Source: Pseudogymnoascus verrucosus (lineage: Eukaryota). From it: 64,000 nt of DNA. The stretch is taken from assembly GCA_001662655.1 (NCBI GenBank), contig KV460208.1; one strand, written 5' to 3'. The notes below the pieces were generated by a model. The model had not been told where the DNA came from and made no database searches. It saw only the letters and a list, made by a program, of their open reading frames with translations. This document shows positions 23,148 to 35,754 of this stretch, piece after piece (the first letter of the stretch is position 1; each line of letters begins with the position of its first letter). Both the position numbers and the translations under genes were made by a program.

Positions 23148-24594
23148 GCGGGCTTGGTTGAGTCGATGGGAGTGCGTTGTACGGGGAATCTGGAGGTTTA
23201 TTTCACTTGAAGGCCAGTAACGGTTCGTGTCATTGATACAATCAGAAGCGTCCATGTTTGGGTTTATTGAACCAGTCTCATTCTGGGGAATCTCCAGCGA
23301 GTTTGGTTGGGGTATGCGTGTGGATTTCATGAATACTATGGCTGATGCTTGAGCTGCGGCCAAGTGCAGCATACTCCATGACACGATTTGTTGGTAGCAT
23401 TGAGGCAGACACAGCTGTGAGATTGCTGACCGGTTATCTGATTATGCAAAATTCTTGGTATTTCAACATCTTGTCATGGGAGGTTTTCATGGGCAGCAAC
23501 CTGCGGGAATCACAGAATTAAAGGGGTCGTCTGCGTACTGGCAATGGTTAGTGGGCAAAGTGATGATGGAAGCAGCATGGCTTTGTGGCAAGTTGGCTCT
23601 GGTTGCGATTGTGAGTTTTAGTGGGAAGCGCATGAGGTTGATGCTCAGATTGTGCAAAGGCTCGAGGCGGTTTGCAGCGTTAACGGCGTTAAAGGGGCTG
23701 TCCCAGAGGATGAGAATGATCGGATGGTAGGACCGTTTGGATTGACGGGGAGGTTTCCTCGTTAGGTATGGAAGAATTCCGCTTTATTCTGAGAGTGTGG
23801 GGAGTGATAGGGTTCGGAATAGGGAGGTGTACTGTATTGTATTGTAGTTTATGTCTCATGGACGGGGCGAACGGAATCCTAAAAACATCACTCACTCGCA
23901 AACGCCAGGAAATGGAAAGGAATGTCTAATTTTTGTGCATACGTGAGTGAGCCCCCATTCGTCTCTCCAACCTCACGGGACACAACGTTGGCTGCCCCCG
24001 CTTTGCCAAGGGCTATGCTATCTCTACGACTTGGCATGACACGAAGTCGTGTGTCGTCTTATACCATGACGTCTACCTCACCTACCCGTTCAAGTAATAC
24101 GCGGATGCGGCCCGCACCGCAAGTGCAACCCTTACTCTCACGGAGAATTTGTAACTGGTTATTGGTTTATAAATATCATCTTGTGGTATGATTTATCCGC
24201 TTTATACTCCCGAACAGTTTTTCCTTCTTAACGGTTCTGGAAGCAGAATCAGTTGAAAAACAGCGCATGGAAGACGGCTCGGCACAGCCTTATCTGCACG
24301 TACGACGTGCTCCATTAAATGCTGCATGAAACTGCTTCAGTTTAAGGCGTAGTATTTAAAATAAACCTTGGTTACGCTTAAGCTTGCTTTACGTATGCCA
24401 TGCGAGAATAAAACACCGCAAATACCGCAAATGCCATGCATAGAAGCGCATAGTTCAGTTGTTAGGATGCGTATCCCTGTTACGACGTTGGTTGCCAGTT
24501 GCCATAAACCCCCCCTTCGTCTCCTTGAAACCTTCGTCATCAACATCTTCATCACATAACCACAACCCAAGAAAGCAGAAACAATAGACTAGCC

Positions 24595-25685
24595 ATGTCA
24601 TTCTTCAAGAAAATAACTAAGGACTTCGAGAACCTTATGGGTGATGACAAGAAGCCAAAGGATGAACCTCAGGCTGATCAACAGCGAGGTAAGTTGATTA
24701 TTTTACCCCTCATACCCCTCATACCCCTCATACCCCTCACAACCTTCACAACGCACCCCCTATAATACAACGCCACATCCAACATGCAACTCTCCACCAA
24801 ATACCTATCACTAACTCTTCGTGCGCCTTTCAGCTGCAGACAACACCGGATACGCACCACCTCAACCCCAATACGGAGGTCCCCAAGGCCAATACGGAGC
24901 CCCCCAAGGCCAATACGGAGGTCCCCAAGGCCAATATGGTGCTCCCCAAGGCCAATACAGCGCTCCTCAAGGCCAATACGGTGCTCCTCAAGATCACCAA
25001 TACGGCGCCCCTCCCCCCGGCCCTCCCCCAGGCAAATACACCGCACCACCCCACTCCCAAAGCGCGCCCATCCCGCCCACCCCCTCCCTCCCTCAAGGCT
25101 GGTCGGCGCTCTGGGACCCCGCCGGCTCGCGGTGGGCGTATCTAGAGGTCTCGAATAGCAAAGTCGTGTGGACGGTTCCTACCTCCCCTTCGTATGGGGG
25201 GCACGATGATGGGACTCGCGGATTAGATAACAACCATGGTGGTTACGATGCTGGATATGGAGGGCAGGGAGGGTATGGAGGACAGCCTGGGTATGGCGGA
25301 CAGGGCGGGTATGATCAAAGTGGGTATGCTGGACAGGGCGAGTATAAGGACCAGGAAAAGAAGAAAGAGAAGGACGATAAGAAGATGATGATGATGGGTG
25401 CAGCTGGTGGCGTGGCCGCTGGCGCAATCGGCGGTGCGCTGCTCATGAATGCTCTTGGTATGTCCACCCCTGGTTTTTTTCTAGCTTTCGGTGGTGGAGA
25501 ATGCTAATATGTTGCTTTGCTTTGTGGTAGATGATGATGATGAGCATCACGCTGCACCGATGCAGGGAGAGCTGCCTAAGGAGACGGCGGATGGGAGCTC
25601 GGTTAGTAGTAGTGATAGGGAGGAGGTCGAGGAGGCGAGAGCGGTGTATGAGGAGGCGTATGAGGATACGTATGGTTCGGATTAG
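24595..25685 (+). CDS. Gly/Gln/Tyr/Pro-rich WW-domain protein (Wwm1-like)
   Basis: Exons 24595-24688, 24834-25457, 25531-25685. PQGQYG(G/A) heptad repeats (21-bp units, ~24866-25000); WW-like LPQGWSALWDPAGSRWAYLEVSNSKVVWTVP; Gly-rich GAAGGVAAGAIGGALL; acidic tail. Confidence 0.85.
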
Positions 25686-26594
25686 GGGTAGATGTTTTGT
25701 GCTTCTTTGTGATGCTTTATGACTCTTCACGATGTTTCACTATACTTTACATAGCTTTGAGATGAGATAGAATGCTCGTCCGTTGCTAGTAAATGCCGCA
25801 AAGTCATTGCCTAGTTTTCTTGTAAGGGAAAAGGGGGCATACCTACCTGTCGGGAACAACTTTTTAAATTGTACCGTATGTTCTGCCCGTCACATACACA
25901 GTCTCTCACAAAATCACAGCAGGCGCGACGATTTCACGCCCCGAATCGGGGTTGAAGCTAGGTAGGTTGGTTGGGAGTGAGTGTATGGATTTCCAATTTT
26001 ATCCCATCTCCGCCCGCATGGACCCCTCTCCATCTGTATATGTATTTATATACCCCCGCTTCCCTCCGATCCTCGCGTATACACACGCAAAATCGGTGGA
26101 TAATATATCTCTCTCTTCCCACCCCCCACCCCCACCTCTTGGCCCGGCGCCATGCGCATCCACACAGCCGACCAACCGATCCATCCACCCTCATCCAAAA
26201 ATCGAATAAATGGTGTAAAAACTAATAAATGAGCAAAGTCGTAGGTTGGGTATCCAAAATAACATCGCCAAATCCCTCTTTCTCCAAAAATATCCGACAA
26301 CGCCACACGCACACCCACGCTAATGCACCTGGTAACACATAGGCCACCCTTTTCCTTCCTCTACGCCCTATGCTTTCCGCCCCTCTGTCCGTCTGTCTGG
26401 TCGTTTGCTGAAAATAAATAAGATCGCTCCACGCTATTGCTGATGCTTGTTGAAATAAAAAAGAAACGAAAGAACCTCAACCCCAGCTTCTCGAGGCGAG
26501 GTTGGTAAGTCCATCTAGGACGCAGCAGTTTCGCCAAATATACCGTTGTCAGTCGTTCAACGATGGCAGTGAGTGATCCCAGTCACAGCCCCCC

Positions 26595-27854
26595 TCAAGG
26601 ATCCCTCCGCCCCCCCTTCCTCTTACTAATCCTCTTCCTAACCCTCGGTCTCACCACCCCTCCTCCCTCCCTCCCTCCTCCCATCCCATCCATCCCTAAA
26701 TCACCCATCCCTCTCCGCGAAGCAACGCGCCCACACGCGCGCGATAGACCCGCGAGAAAGGCCTGTTCCCGTTCCCGATCCAGCGCTTCGAGTCGCTCGA
26801 TGACGGTGGGTTCGGAGAATCCTTCGTCGTCGACGTCGTCTTCGGGTGGGTCGGGGGTGAGGGCAGCGGGAGGGACCTGGGTTGTTGTGTGTGTTTGGGC
26901 GGTGGTGGCTGATGTGGATGTTGAAGTTGTGGCGGGGTTGGTGGTGGTAGTTGTGGTATTGGTGGCGGTGGTGGTGGTTGGAGAGGTATTCGCGGATTCG
27001 GCGATTATAATCGCCGTTGTGTGTGGTGGGATGATGGTAGGCCGGTTTATATAGTGGCTTGTGCGCCGTTTCGGGACGGGGAGGGTATCCGGGGTGTAGG
27101 ATGTTGTGGTTAGAGGCGGCAGCGGCGTGAGGTAGAACGCCGAGTACGTGTCTGAGAACGGGTGGTCGGCCTCGATTTCATCCCCCATAGGCGCGGGTAT
27201 CGGTGCAGGTGAATCCGCCCGTCGTGCGCGGTAGTCGAAAGCGACCGGTATCGACCTCGGCACCGACGTAGCTATCGACTCTGATATCGACTCCAGCGGC
27301 GCCACCTGTGCGATCCCTTCGTACTTCTCCTTCCCCTTTCCCTTGCTCTGAACAAGAAGCGAACACGAAGCCCGGCCCCTCCGCCCGATATCGCGGAGCG
27401 ACGGCATCGACGGGTCACGCTGCGTTCCAGACCGTCGACTGAAGGCATATGCTAACCGCGAGACCGTGTCAAGGTCGATGTCCTCACCTGGGTCGTCGTC
27501 GAGATCTATACTCCCCTCCGGTTCTAAACTCCGCCTATCTAGCGGCTCCTGCCTCGGCGGCCTCTGCATATATGAAGCCTGCCTCGACGATCTCTCCGTA
27601 TATGAAGGTTCTAGCCCGTAAAGATCCTCTTCCTCCTCCTCCTCGAACCCATCGTCCTCTTCTGGCTCTGTCCTCCATGACGGCCTCGCTCTCGACGAGG
27701 GATGTTCATATGGATATGCACTCTCAGCTGACGGCCGCGCTCTCGACGCAGGATACTCGTATGGATATGCACTCTCTCCAGTTTGTTTCACCGGCGACTT
27801 CTCACGCCGGCGTAGTGGCGACGAACGCCTCGCTGTTGCCGCGGGGGGTGCCAT
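26595..27854 (-). CDS. Hypothetical low-complexity protein
   Basis: 419-aa ORF with a duplicated 17-aa unit (ESAYPYE.P.SRARPS), an acidic run and a Thr-rich run. No family recognised; exon structure uncertain. Confidence 0.6.
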   Translation of the reverse strand: MAPPAATARRSSPLRRREKSPVKQTGESAYPYEYPASRARPSAESAYPYEHPSSRARPSWRTEPEEDDGFEEEEEEDLYGLEPSYTERSSRQASYMQRPPRQEPLDRRSLEPEGSIDLDDDPGEDIDLDTVSRLAYAFSRRSGTQRDPSMPSLRDIGRRGRASCSLLVQSKGKGKEKYEGIAQVAPLESISESIATSVPRSIPVAFDYRARRADSPAPIPAPMGDEIEADHPFSDTYSAFYLTPLPPLTTTSYTPDTLPVPKRRTSHYINRPTIIPPHTTAIIIAESANTSPTTTTATNTTTTTTNPATTSTSTSATTAQTHTTTQVPPAALTPDPPEDDVDDEGFSEPTVIERLEALDREREQAFLAGLSRACGRVASRRGMGDLGMDGMGGGREGGGVVRPRVRKRISKRKGGRRDP

Positions 27855-30233
27855 ACCAACAGTTTATTCGGACTCGTTTGCCGTACGTGGCGCGTTACGG
27901 CGAGGGCATTGACTCGAGAGTCGGCCGTGGTGAGGGTGAGGGTGTGAAGCTCTTGGTGGGGGCGCGTTGGTATTGGATCCCGGGGAGCTGGCGAGGGTCT
28001 GGTCCCGAGAAGTTGGGAATGGGGATGTCGAATGTTTGGGAGGGCGGGATGAGGGAAAGATAATAGATGTGAGGCGGTGGATGACGGGATGGTAAATGCA
28101 GAGTACTCGTCCGGTGTTGTGTAATGGTGGAGACGCCCATCCAAGGCTGTGTCCTGTAGTATCTCGCGTTGAATCCCAGGACTCGCGTCGTTGGGTCTGT
28201 CGGGTTCCTCTTGGCTTGGCTCGTTGGGTTCTTGGTCGGCGGGATGCGTGATGAATGATATTTGCCAGATCTGGTTGGGTGGGTTGTCGGGAGTTTGTGG
28301 TAGTACGTTGAAGACGTTGGTTGAAGAGTGAGATTAGGTGGAAGAGTTTCTTTGGAGAGAGTTGTCCCTCGACCAGGCGCTTGGGCAAGAGAAGTGCAAG
28401 CGATGTGAGGGTTTCAAGGCGGAGTAGCTGACTGACAGGGTAGACAGGGAAGACAAGGACAGGGTAGGGTAAGCAGGGCTAGTGGCGGTTCTAGTGGGAA
28501 GAGGCCAGGGACTGGGCGCTGGGAATAGGGAATAATTGGGGTCTAAGGCGGCAGAAGGGACGGGAGGGAGATACAGGGAGGTACTAAAGAATTACACGGT
28601 AAAGAGTACTATAGGTATGGTATTGGTAGATTAGTAAGACGGCGGTATGTATAGAGTACTGAAGTTAAGACGGGAACTTAGATGGAAGTTAGAGGTTTAG
28701 AGGGTGAGAGAAGTTAAAAGGATGTAGAGAGAAGTACCGGCCCCGAACCAGATTTCCAGAGAACCAGAGGACGGGGAAGCACCAAAGAACAGCGCACTGG
28801 GAAAATGCGGGAAGGGGCAGCGTATAGGGAACTTTCATAGGGTGCGTGTGTGATGGGAATGCAGGGAAGGGACAGGCATGGGACATCGCTTAGGTGTGGT
28901 TATACCAAGTGGTGGGTGTCTTACCTACCAATACTGTACCGGTGTCAGATTACCAGCTACCTGTTTTTCAGCTCGCGGAAGTCTCACCAAGCCAATATTT
29001 GTCCTTTGAGGAGTCAACTCTGCTGCACGATAGAGTGCTATACATGTTGTACATGTTATACATGTTATACTATACAGGTTATTCCTACACTATTAATCTG
29101 CGAATACTACCCTATTCTACTATATCTACGTGAGGCAGTATTACCCGAGTACTATGTACACTAGCACCTAGCACTTTAACCACATTGCTGTATTAGAGTT
29201 ATGCGTATGGTATGCAGCCTGTGAGTCCCAGTCACACTCGCTGTCCCAAAGCCCAAAGCCCGAGCCCGACCCAGCAATCCGTACATACTACCAACCCACT
29301 GTACTGCCAACCCGCCGCTGGACCGTACACAGTAAGTGATTGACAATCTGACAAGTACCCTGCAGTATCATTTCATCCATACAGCCTGTGCTACACAATA
29401 CACCCACGAACCTTCTCGGACACCACTACATACACCATCTGCAAACAACAGCCTCTCGCATCCCCCCTAATACCAACTATCTGGCCCTTCGGCACACACC
29501 GCACACTTTCTCTTCACAGAGTTGCATACACAGTTGCATACTGCAACCCTCCTCCACCCAGCTACTGCACATATACTGCACATATATAGATAGTCCACCA
29601 CTAGCTCAGCACGCCAATCCACCCCCTCGCTTCCCCCGGTAATTCCCAACCCGCCGCCACGGGAAGATACCCGCCACCCATTGGCCCCCCATCTCCCACC
29701 CACTCGGGCCAGTGACCCCATCCAGCCCTAGCGTCTTGGCGGCCCCACTCGCGTACATCTCGCTAGTCGCGCGACAAGAGTGGATACGTTATGGGATGTG
29801 CGCAGGCATTATAACCAATCACGTGTTCTCTCCGCCTGGCTTGGGTACGGACATCCATACTCCCGGTCCACAGCCTTGCTTTCTCACAACTCCAGGCTGT
29901 TCAGGCTACACACTTGAAAAAAAAACTTCCATCACAGATCTTCGTACCTGTACCTCCTCTCCCACACTCATCACAGCGACACACAAAGTAACACTACACG
30001 ATCTTCCCCAATCTCCGCCAAGACACGGCACGTTCACACTTTCGGATGAGCTAGCTTGCCGTTTAGAGACACAGCTGCAGCAACAACACGCAAAGAGGCG
30101 CAAAGAGGCGTATCGCGGCCTATTAACGGAGACGGCTGACGTAAATACGGCCACTTCCTTGCGTCTCAACCAATTCCTCGGGTCCTGTCCACCTCCGCGG
30201 AGCAGTTACTCCCGGTGATTGGGGAGGAGGTGG

Positions 30234-30315
30234 CACGTGATATTTTGGTGGTGGTGAGAATGCACGTGATTTGTCTTGATATAAATAAATTCACGTGAGT
30301 GTAAACTTCACGTGA
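30234..30315. promoter_or_regulatory. Cluster of four CACGTGA E-boxes (bHLH Cbf1/Pho4/SREBP-type sites)
   Basis: CACGTG at 30234, 30263, 30292 and 30309. Target gene unknown. Confidence 0.5.
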
Positions 30316-30809
30316 CTCTCTACCGCTACGAGGAAGAGAACGGGCTGTATTCTGGGACAAGACGTGTTGATAGAGCGAGTTGTTGTAGGGCTGGGCGGGG
30401 GAGAGAGATGAGGAGGGACGGTTTGTCAATGAGATGATGGTGCACCTTAAGTTAAAACATATACCGCAGAGCCAAGCTATTGTGGCATTCACCAGGAGGA
30501 GGTTGTGTTGCCATAGGAGAATGGGTTATTAGCCGCCTGTCTTAAACTTCCATGTTGCTATGGCATCCATCGATATTACAAGCTGGCATTTGAACCACAG
30601 ATGATTGGACGGTTTATAGAGAACATTGCCGTCAAGCAGAGACAGGAGACATACGGTGGAACCAAGGTGCAGTAGGTAGTACCAAGATCTACTACTAAAC
30701 CCCCACACAGTCCTTCCCCCTATCCCCAACTTCAGTCTTAAGGGAAACCCAACCATCTGCTTCACACAACTCAATCGCAGCCCCCTCGGAAATTTGAAAC
30801 CGTATGTAT

Positions 30810-31080
30810 GGAAGGAACGATTACCAAGCAAGCTCAGTCGCAGCTTCCTCGGAACTTTCAAGCTATATATCAATATATAAATATATAATGGAAGGAGCGA
30901 TTACCAAGCAAACTCAGTCGCAGCTTCCTTAGAACTTTCAAGCAATATATATGGAAATAGCGATTACCAAGCAAGCTCTGTCGCAACTTCCTCTGAACTT
31001 TCAAGCAATATATAAATGGAAGGGACGGTTACCAAGCAAGCTCAGTCGCAACTTCCTCTGAACTTTCAACTTTCAAGCTA
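30810..31080. repeat. Tandem array of 63-80-bp units (4 copies plus a degenerate upstream copy); same family as 1900-2171
   Basis: Units start at 30810, 30890, 30953 and 31018: GGAAGGAACGATTACCAAGCAAGCTCAGTCGCAGCTTCCTCGGAACTTTCAAGC plus a TA-rich spacer. Confidence 0.95.
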
Positions 31081-32201
31081 GGACATGATCGAATTCCTCT
31101 TTAATTGTGAGGATATTCTATATCAGTCAAGACGGCACTGCGAATGTGTGGACGTATATCACGGGTCTTGGGCCGACACAAGCAAGACCCTGCATAGTGT
31201 ACCGGGGACTGTAGCTAGCTTGTTGCGGTGTCGCAGGGCAGGGTGGCTCGGGGAGGCATGTTGAGTATTTCCGTGCTAAGAGTAGCAACAAGGTCGATTA
31301 CCTGGCTGGGAACTCCGCTAACACGGGTTCCTTTCGTAACCAGCCTTGCAACGTTCGGTCATGGAGCGACGTCGACCAGTAACGGAAGCTCGTCAAGGTC
31401 GATTGGAAGTAGCGAAGGTTGACACTCGCCCGCTGCAGTCGCATTAGGTAAGGATCCGTAGGTTATATTTTCTTGTCTTTCATTTAGTATTTCTGTTTCT
31501 CCTGGTGGTTTGTTTCGCGGTCGTCTGGTATTTCGATTTTTCCTTGAATTGCATACTTCCACAATCTAAAATCTGCTTGTCATCAATTTTGCAACTTCAT
31601 TTTCTTGTTGTACGTCGTTCAATACTGCTTGTACTAGGGTGAACCCTTCATCAACTCCCTCTTAACTTCCTAAGTTCTAAATATAACGTTCAAACGTTCG
31701 CAGCCGCTCCGCCCCGCTCCCCACGCTAACCCTGCACACCAAGCCCACCCTTATCGTGGCTCAGCAGAGCCGCCCGCGTCATCGCAACATGATCGCCCTC
31801 CCACCAGAAAAACCCTTCCCTCACACCCTCCCTCCACGACGCACAAAAAAAAAGACACTTAACCCGCTTCACCCATCCCATCCATATCGCAAACGCAATT
31901 GCGCATCGCACGGTTGCTTGGTGAATGAAAACAACGTCGCGAACGATATTTTCAAAAACGACGGCGCCCAGGGTCTACTACGCGCCAGAGAAAAGATAAG
32001 GGTTCGGCCAAGGGACCAAGCATCACTAGCTCCTCGAGCACAGATCCACGCCGCGCCAACTACCCCATCTCGCAGCGCAAAGCACAGCAGCAGCAGAGAG
32101 AGCAAAGCGACCAAGTGCGCCGTGCTCTAATCTACAAAAACACCCCGAGCGCGCAATTGCCAAGTCTCCTCCGCCTACCACACACCACACACGAAATTAA
32201 A

Positions 32202-32510
32202 ATGCACCACTCCTCACCCCTCGCCCTCCTCCTCGCCCTCCTCTTCTCCATCCTCCTCCCCCCCACCCCCGTCGCCTCCCAGGCCGCCGTAGTAGGCGGT
32301 CCTGCGCCCGCGGCCCCGACGCAATACCCGGTTGTGCAAACAGTGCCGAAGCTCCAGGTTGTGGCTGGGGTGACGCAGATAGTTCAGGTGCCGTTTACGC
32401 AGACGTTTGTGCAGGGGGCGTTGGAGACGTGGGCGTGGGGGGCGGTTAAGAAGGGGGCGGTGGGGATGGGGTCGATACAGGGGGAGGTGGGGAAGGTGAA
32501 GGGGGGTTAG
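32202..32510 (+). CDS. Small secreted Kre1-domain-like protein (102 aa)
   Basis: Signal peptide MHHSSPLALLLALLFSILL. VPFTQTF...GAVGMGSIQGEVGKVK resembles the Kre1 motif (YTQTF...GSIGLGT..GTVG). Family assignment is from memory. Confidence 0.75.
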   Translation: MHHSSPLALLLALLFSILLPPTPVASQAAVVGGPAPAAPTQYPVVQTVPKLQVVAGVTQIVQVPFTQTFVQGALETWAWGAVKKGAVGMGSIQGEVGKVKGG

Positions 32511-33351
32511 AGGGCCTTGGAGTATATAAGGGGGGGGGTTGGATGTGTACATGATAACGATGGCATTAGATGATAGGGGAGTTTGGATATATAGACAAGC
32601 AGCATTGGCTCCGGTGTGGCTGGGGACGGATGTCATATTTGCACATTATATATTGTACGATGACAGTACTAGGGTATTTTGGATACCCGAGCGAAGGCAA
32701 CGATAGACTATTGAATAGAAATAAAAATAAAAATATATACAAATATGCAGTTTCGTTGTCAATGCTAGATGTTTACTCTTTTAGTTCTAAGTGGTGGTGT
32801 TTAGGTTATTAAAATCCAGTAGCTTTCTGTGCTAAATGCTCATAAGCACTTTGCCCAACTTCGACCTGGAGAACAACCTCTAGACAGAGCGCATTTCAGA
32901 GCGCATTTCACCTTTTCCATCTCCCGTTTTTGAGACCTCTACCTAGACTGTTAAATATAGAGAGGCCGATTTTTCTCGCGACGTTCATTTAATAGTTCAT
33001 TCCGAGACGAAGCACTCCGTCGTTGAAAGACAGTGTGTTCAGCGGCTGTTAGAGGCTGACAGTGAGTTTACAGTGGGTTTACAATGGATACTGCTAGCTA
33101 AGGATACCCCTAGCCATGACTATTTAAACAAATAACGCCGTAGATCTAGAGGTTAAGGACTTGGTTGATAAATAAGGTGGGAGCCATGCTATATGTACCC
33201 TGTGGGGGCGCTGACGTAACTCAAACCCCAACTACAACCCCAACCTGACCCCAACCCAACCCCACCCCCGCACGCATGCGCACTGACTTGAACCCCGCAA
33301 CCTCTAGCCTTCCCTCTGTTGAGTGAAAAATCATCTTGATACCCATCAGTG

Positions 33352-35367
33352 ATGACTTGCTTGACGTGTCAACGACGGAAACGCGCTTGTGATGAGAGTA
33401 GGCCAAGATGCGCAGCATGCAAGACATCCCATTTAAAATGCAGATACGAACATCCACCTCAGGTTGTGGCCTTCCAGGTTAACTCCCCGGCAAGCATGCG
33501 GCAGATCTACTCTCCGGATTCGGTCGACCCTAGCACAGCGAAAGATCCGTTATGGGAATATTCGTATCCTGGGGGGGGGACTGAACCTCATGCAAAGTTC
33601 GTTGGCTATCTTCTAGAATATCTGCAATATACTCATTCACGTTACTAGTCCTCAGCTCAGCCCTTCGGCATCATCCTCCGCCCTATTAAATATTCCTGAT
33701 CTCGGGTCTGAGTCGGAGGATATGTTTTTAGGCAACTCTTTTCCATTATTGGATTTCCCACTCGCGGGGGATTTTCACCCCCAGTTTGGTCTGGATGAGT
33801 TGTCCTACTCGGGTATGGATTTTACAAGCACTTTCAACCCGCCGGCAGCCGATTGGAATGCCACTCGCGAACAAGAGCCTCCTTTAATGACCAGTATGAC
33901 ATCTCCCCAAAGTCCACTGACAGAGTCACATGCCATGGAATCTTCTCGGGCAGGTGATCGGACACCGTCACAAAAGTCAACCGATGAGACTCTCACTGTG
34001 CACTTGCTATCACAGCATTTTTCTCGCCAGCTCACTGGTCGATTCTCTTTCAAGTCGGCTGATTGGACGTTTTACAATTTCTTCTTTCACCGATTCACCA
34101 CTAGCCATCCTTGGGTGCTCTCAGCCATCCTTAGTTGGACATCAGCGAGCATCTTCTACTCAGGAAGATGGAAGGACCTCGTCATAGCAAATTCTCATTA
34201 TGAACAATGTCTTTCACAGATTATCAAAATCTATGGCCGCGGTTTCGACGACGTTGAATTTATGTGGCCTTCCGCATACGATCCTGTTACAGACCAGCAC
34301 TTTTCGGCAGCGAGCACAGAGGACATTGATGCTCTCTTCGTGAGTTGCTTCTTCCTCGCTCTTTTTGACCAGATGGCTGCTCGCCCTAATCATATAAGGA
34401 AAATATTCCGCTTTATATCTCATGTTCTACAAGTTCCAAATGTACGAAACAATATGGGGGGTGTTAGGTCTCGCGTCTCAACATGGGTATGGCAACATTG
34501 GAACAGCCCTTCGTCTTCTAAGCTAATGTTTCTATCTAGTTCTGTACCTTAGAATCGAAAGCATCTGCTTTCCAACCAGGCGATGGTGCAATTCTGTCCG
34601 CCCTTGGGGGTCAGGAAGGCCTTATATCAGCACTGAGAGCGTCGTATGACACGCTTCAGAAGGTCTACAGTGTTACGTATCCAGACGAAGAAAGAAGAGC
34701 CGATGGGCTACAACTTCCACTTCTACAAAGGATGCTTGAGCTTACCATACTATTAAGCGATATCACGCAGGAGAAATCTCGGTTGGGCGGTGGCAGTGCA
34801 GGCATATCTAAAATCCGAGCGAGCCTTAACGCACATGCACAAGTACGTTTCCATTTCCGGCTATATATTCTTTCGCTACTATTTCCCCTTGTTTGTCATG
34901 TAGACTCACAATTCTAGGCACTAGACGCGGTATCTGAGAACGAAAGTTTGGCCGGTCGCGTCCGCTCAACCTGGCTCGTCCTCCTGGCACTCTACAATAC
35001 AGCTGAGATATCCTTCTCGCGGAACCTTCACGCCAGCGAGCCTCGGCACTCAGCTGATGCATTCGCTGTGCGGATCATCCAAGTGGCGCAGAAACTCGAC
35101 GTTCTCCGCGGCGAAGCATCACGTTCCACGCCGCCGCCGACTAAAATCTGGCCGCTTCCTCTGGTTATGGCAGCAATCGAGGTGCGGGATCCGATATACC
35201 GCGAATGGGCTTTGCATAAGCTAGAGGCATATGAGGGAACGGCGGGGCAGCAGTACACGTTTGCAAAGATGTTTGTCGAGAGGATGTGGGAGAGGGAGGA
35301 GGGGGCTGGGAGGAGGGTAGATTGTGCAGGAGTTATTGCGGATATTAATGATGGGATGGTTCTCTAG
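33352..35367 (+). CDS. Zn(II)2Cys6 transcription factor with fungal-specific C-terminal domain
   Basis: Zinc cluster CLTCQRRKRACDESRPRCAACKTSHLKC. Exons ~33352-33596, 33649-34486, 34540-34842, 34918-35367, all in frame after splicing. C-terminal IWPLPLVMAAIE...REWALHKL. A further upstream exon is possible. Confidence 0.9.
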
Positions 35368-35754
35368 GGGGTATTGTTACATGTAATGCTAGCGGGTTGA
35401 TGCGGAGTTTGGAACAATGTGCTTGGATCATGAAGTTTGCATCGGAAGCATCCTAGCAGGTCTATACTATACCTATGTATTACTAAATCACACTTTATAC
35501 GTTTTGATTTTTTTCCTTGCCTAGTATTAGCCATTTTTTACAAGCTCTATTTACAAGGTTCATACATATTTCACAATTTTATTTAACTACTAACTTAAAT
35601 AGCTCAGGCAAGATTTCACTAAGCAAAAAATATCTCACAGTACACAGCACGAAGGAAATTGCTTCCGATCACTCAAATCGTATATTCAAAAACTAATCAT
35701 CAGGCCTCGGAATTTAGGCGATGCACACGTATTCCCCATCTTCGTCAATCAAAG

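Noticed and set aside
29712..30660. Possible small gene or decayed coding sequence
   Set aside because: No convincing ATG-led frame; stops interrupt the protein-like stretches; no family recognised.
31090..31700. Minus-strand pseudogene-like stretch next to repeat array 2
   Set aside because: Multiple in-frame stops and no identifiable homology by eye; needs TBLASTX.
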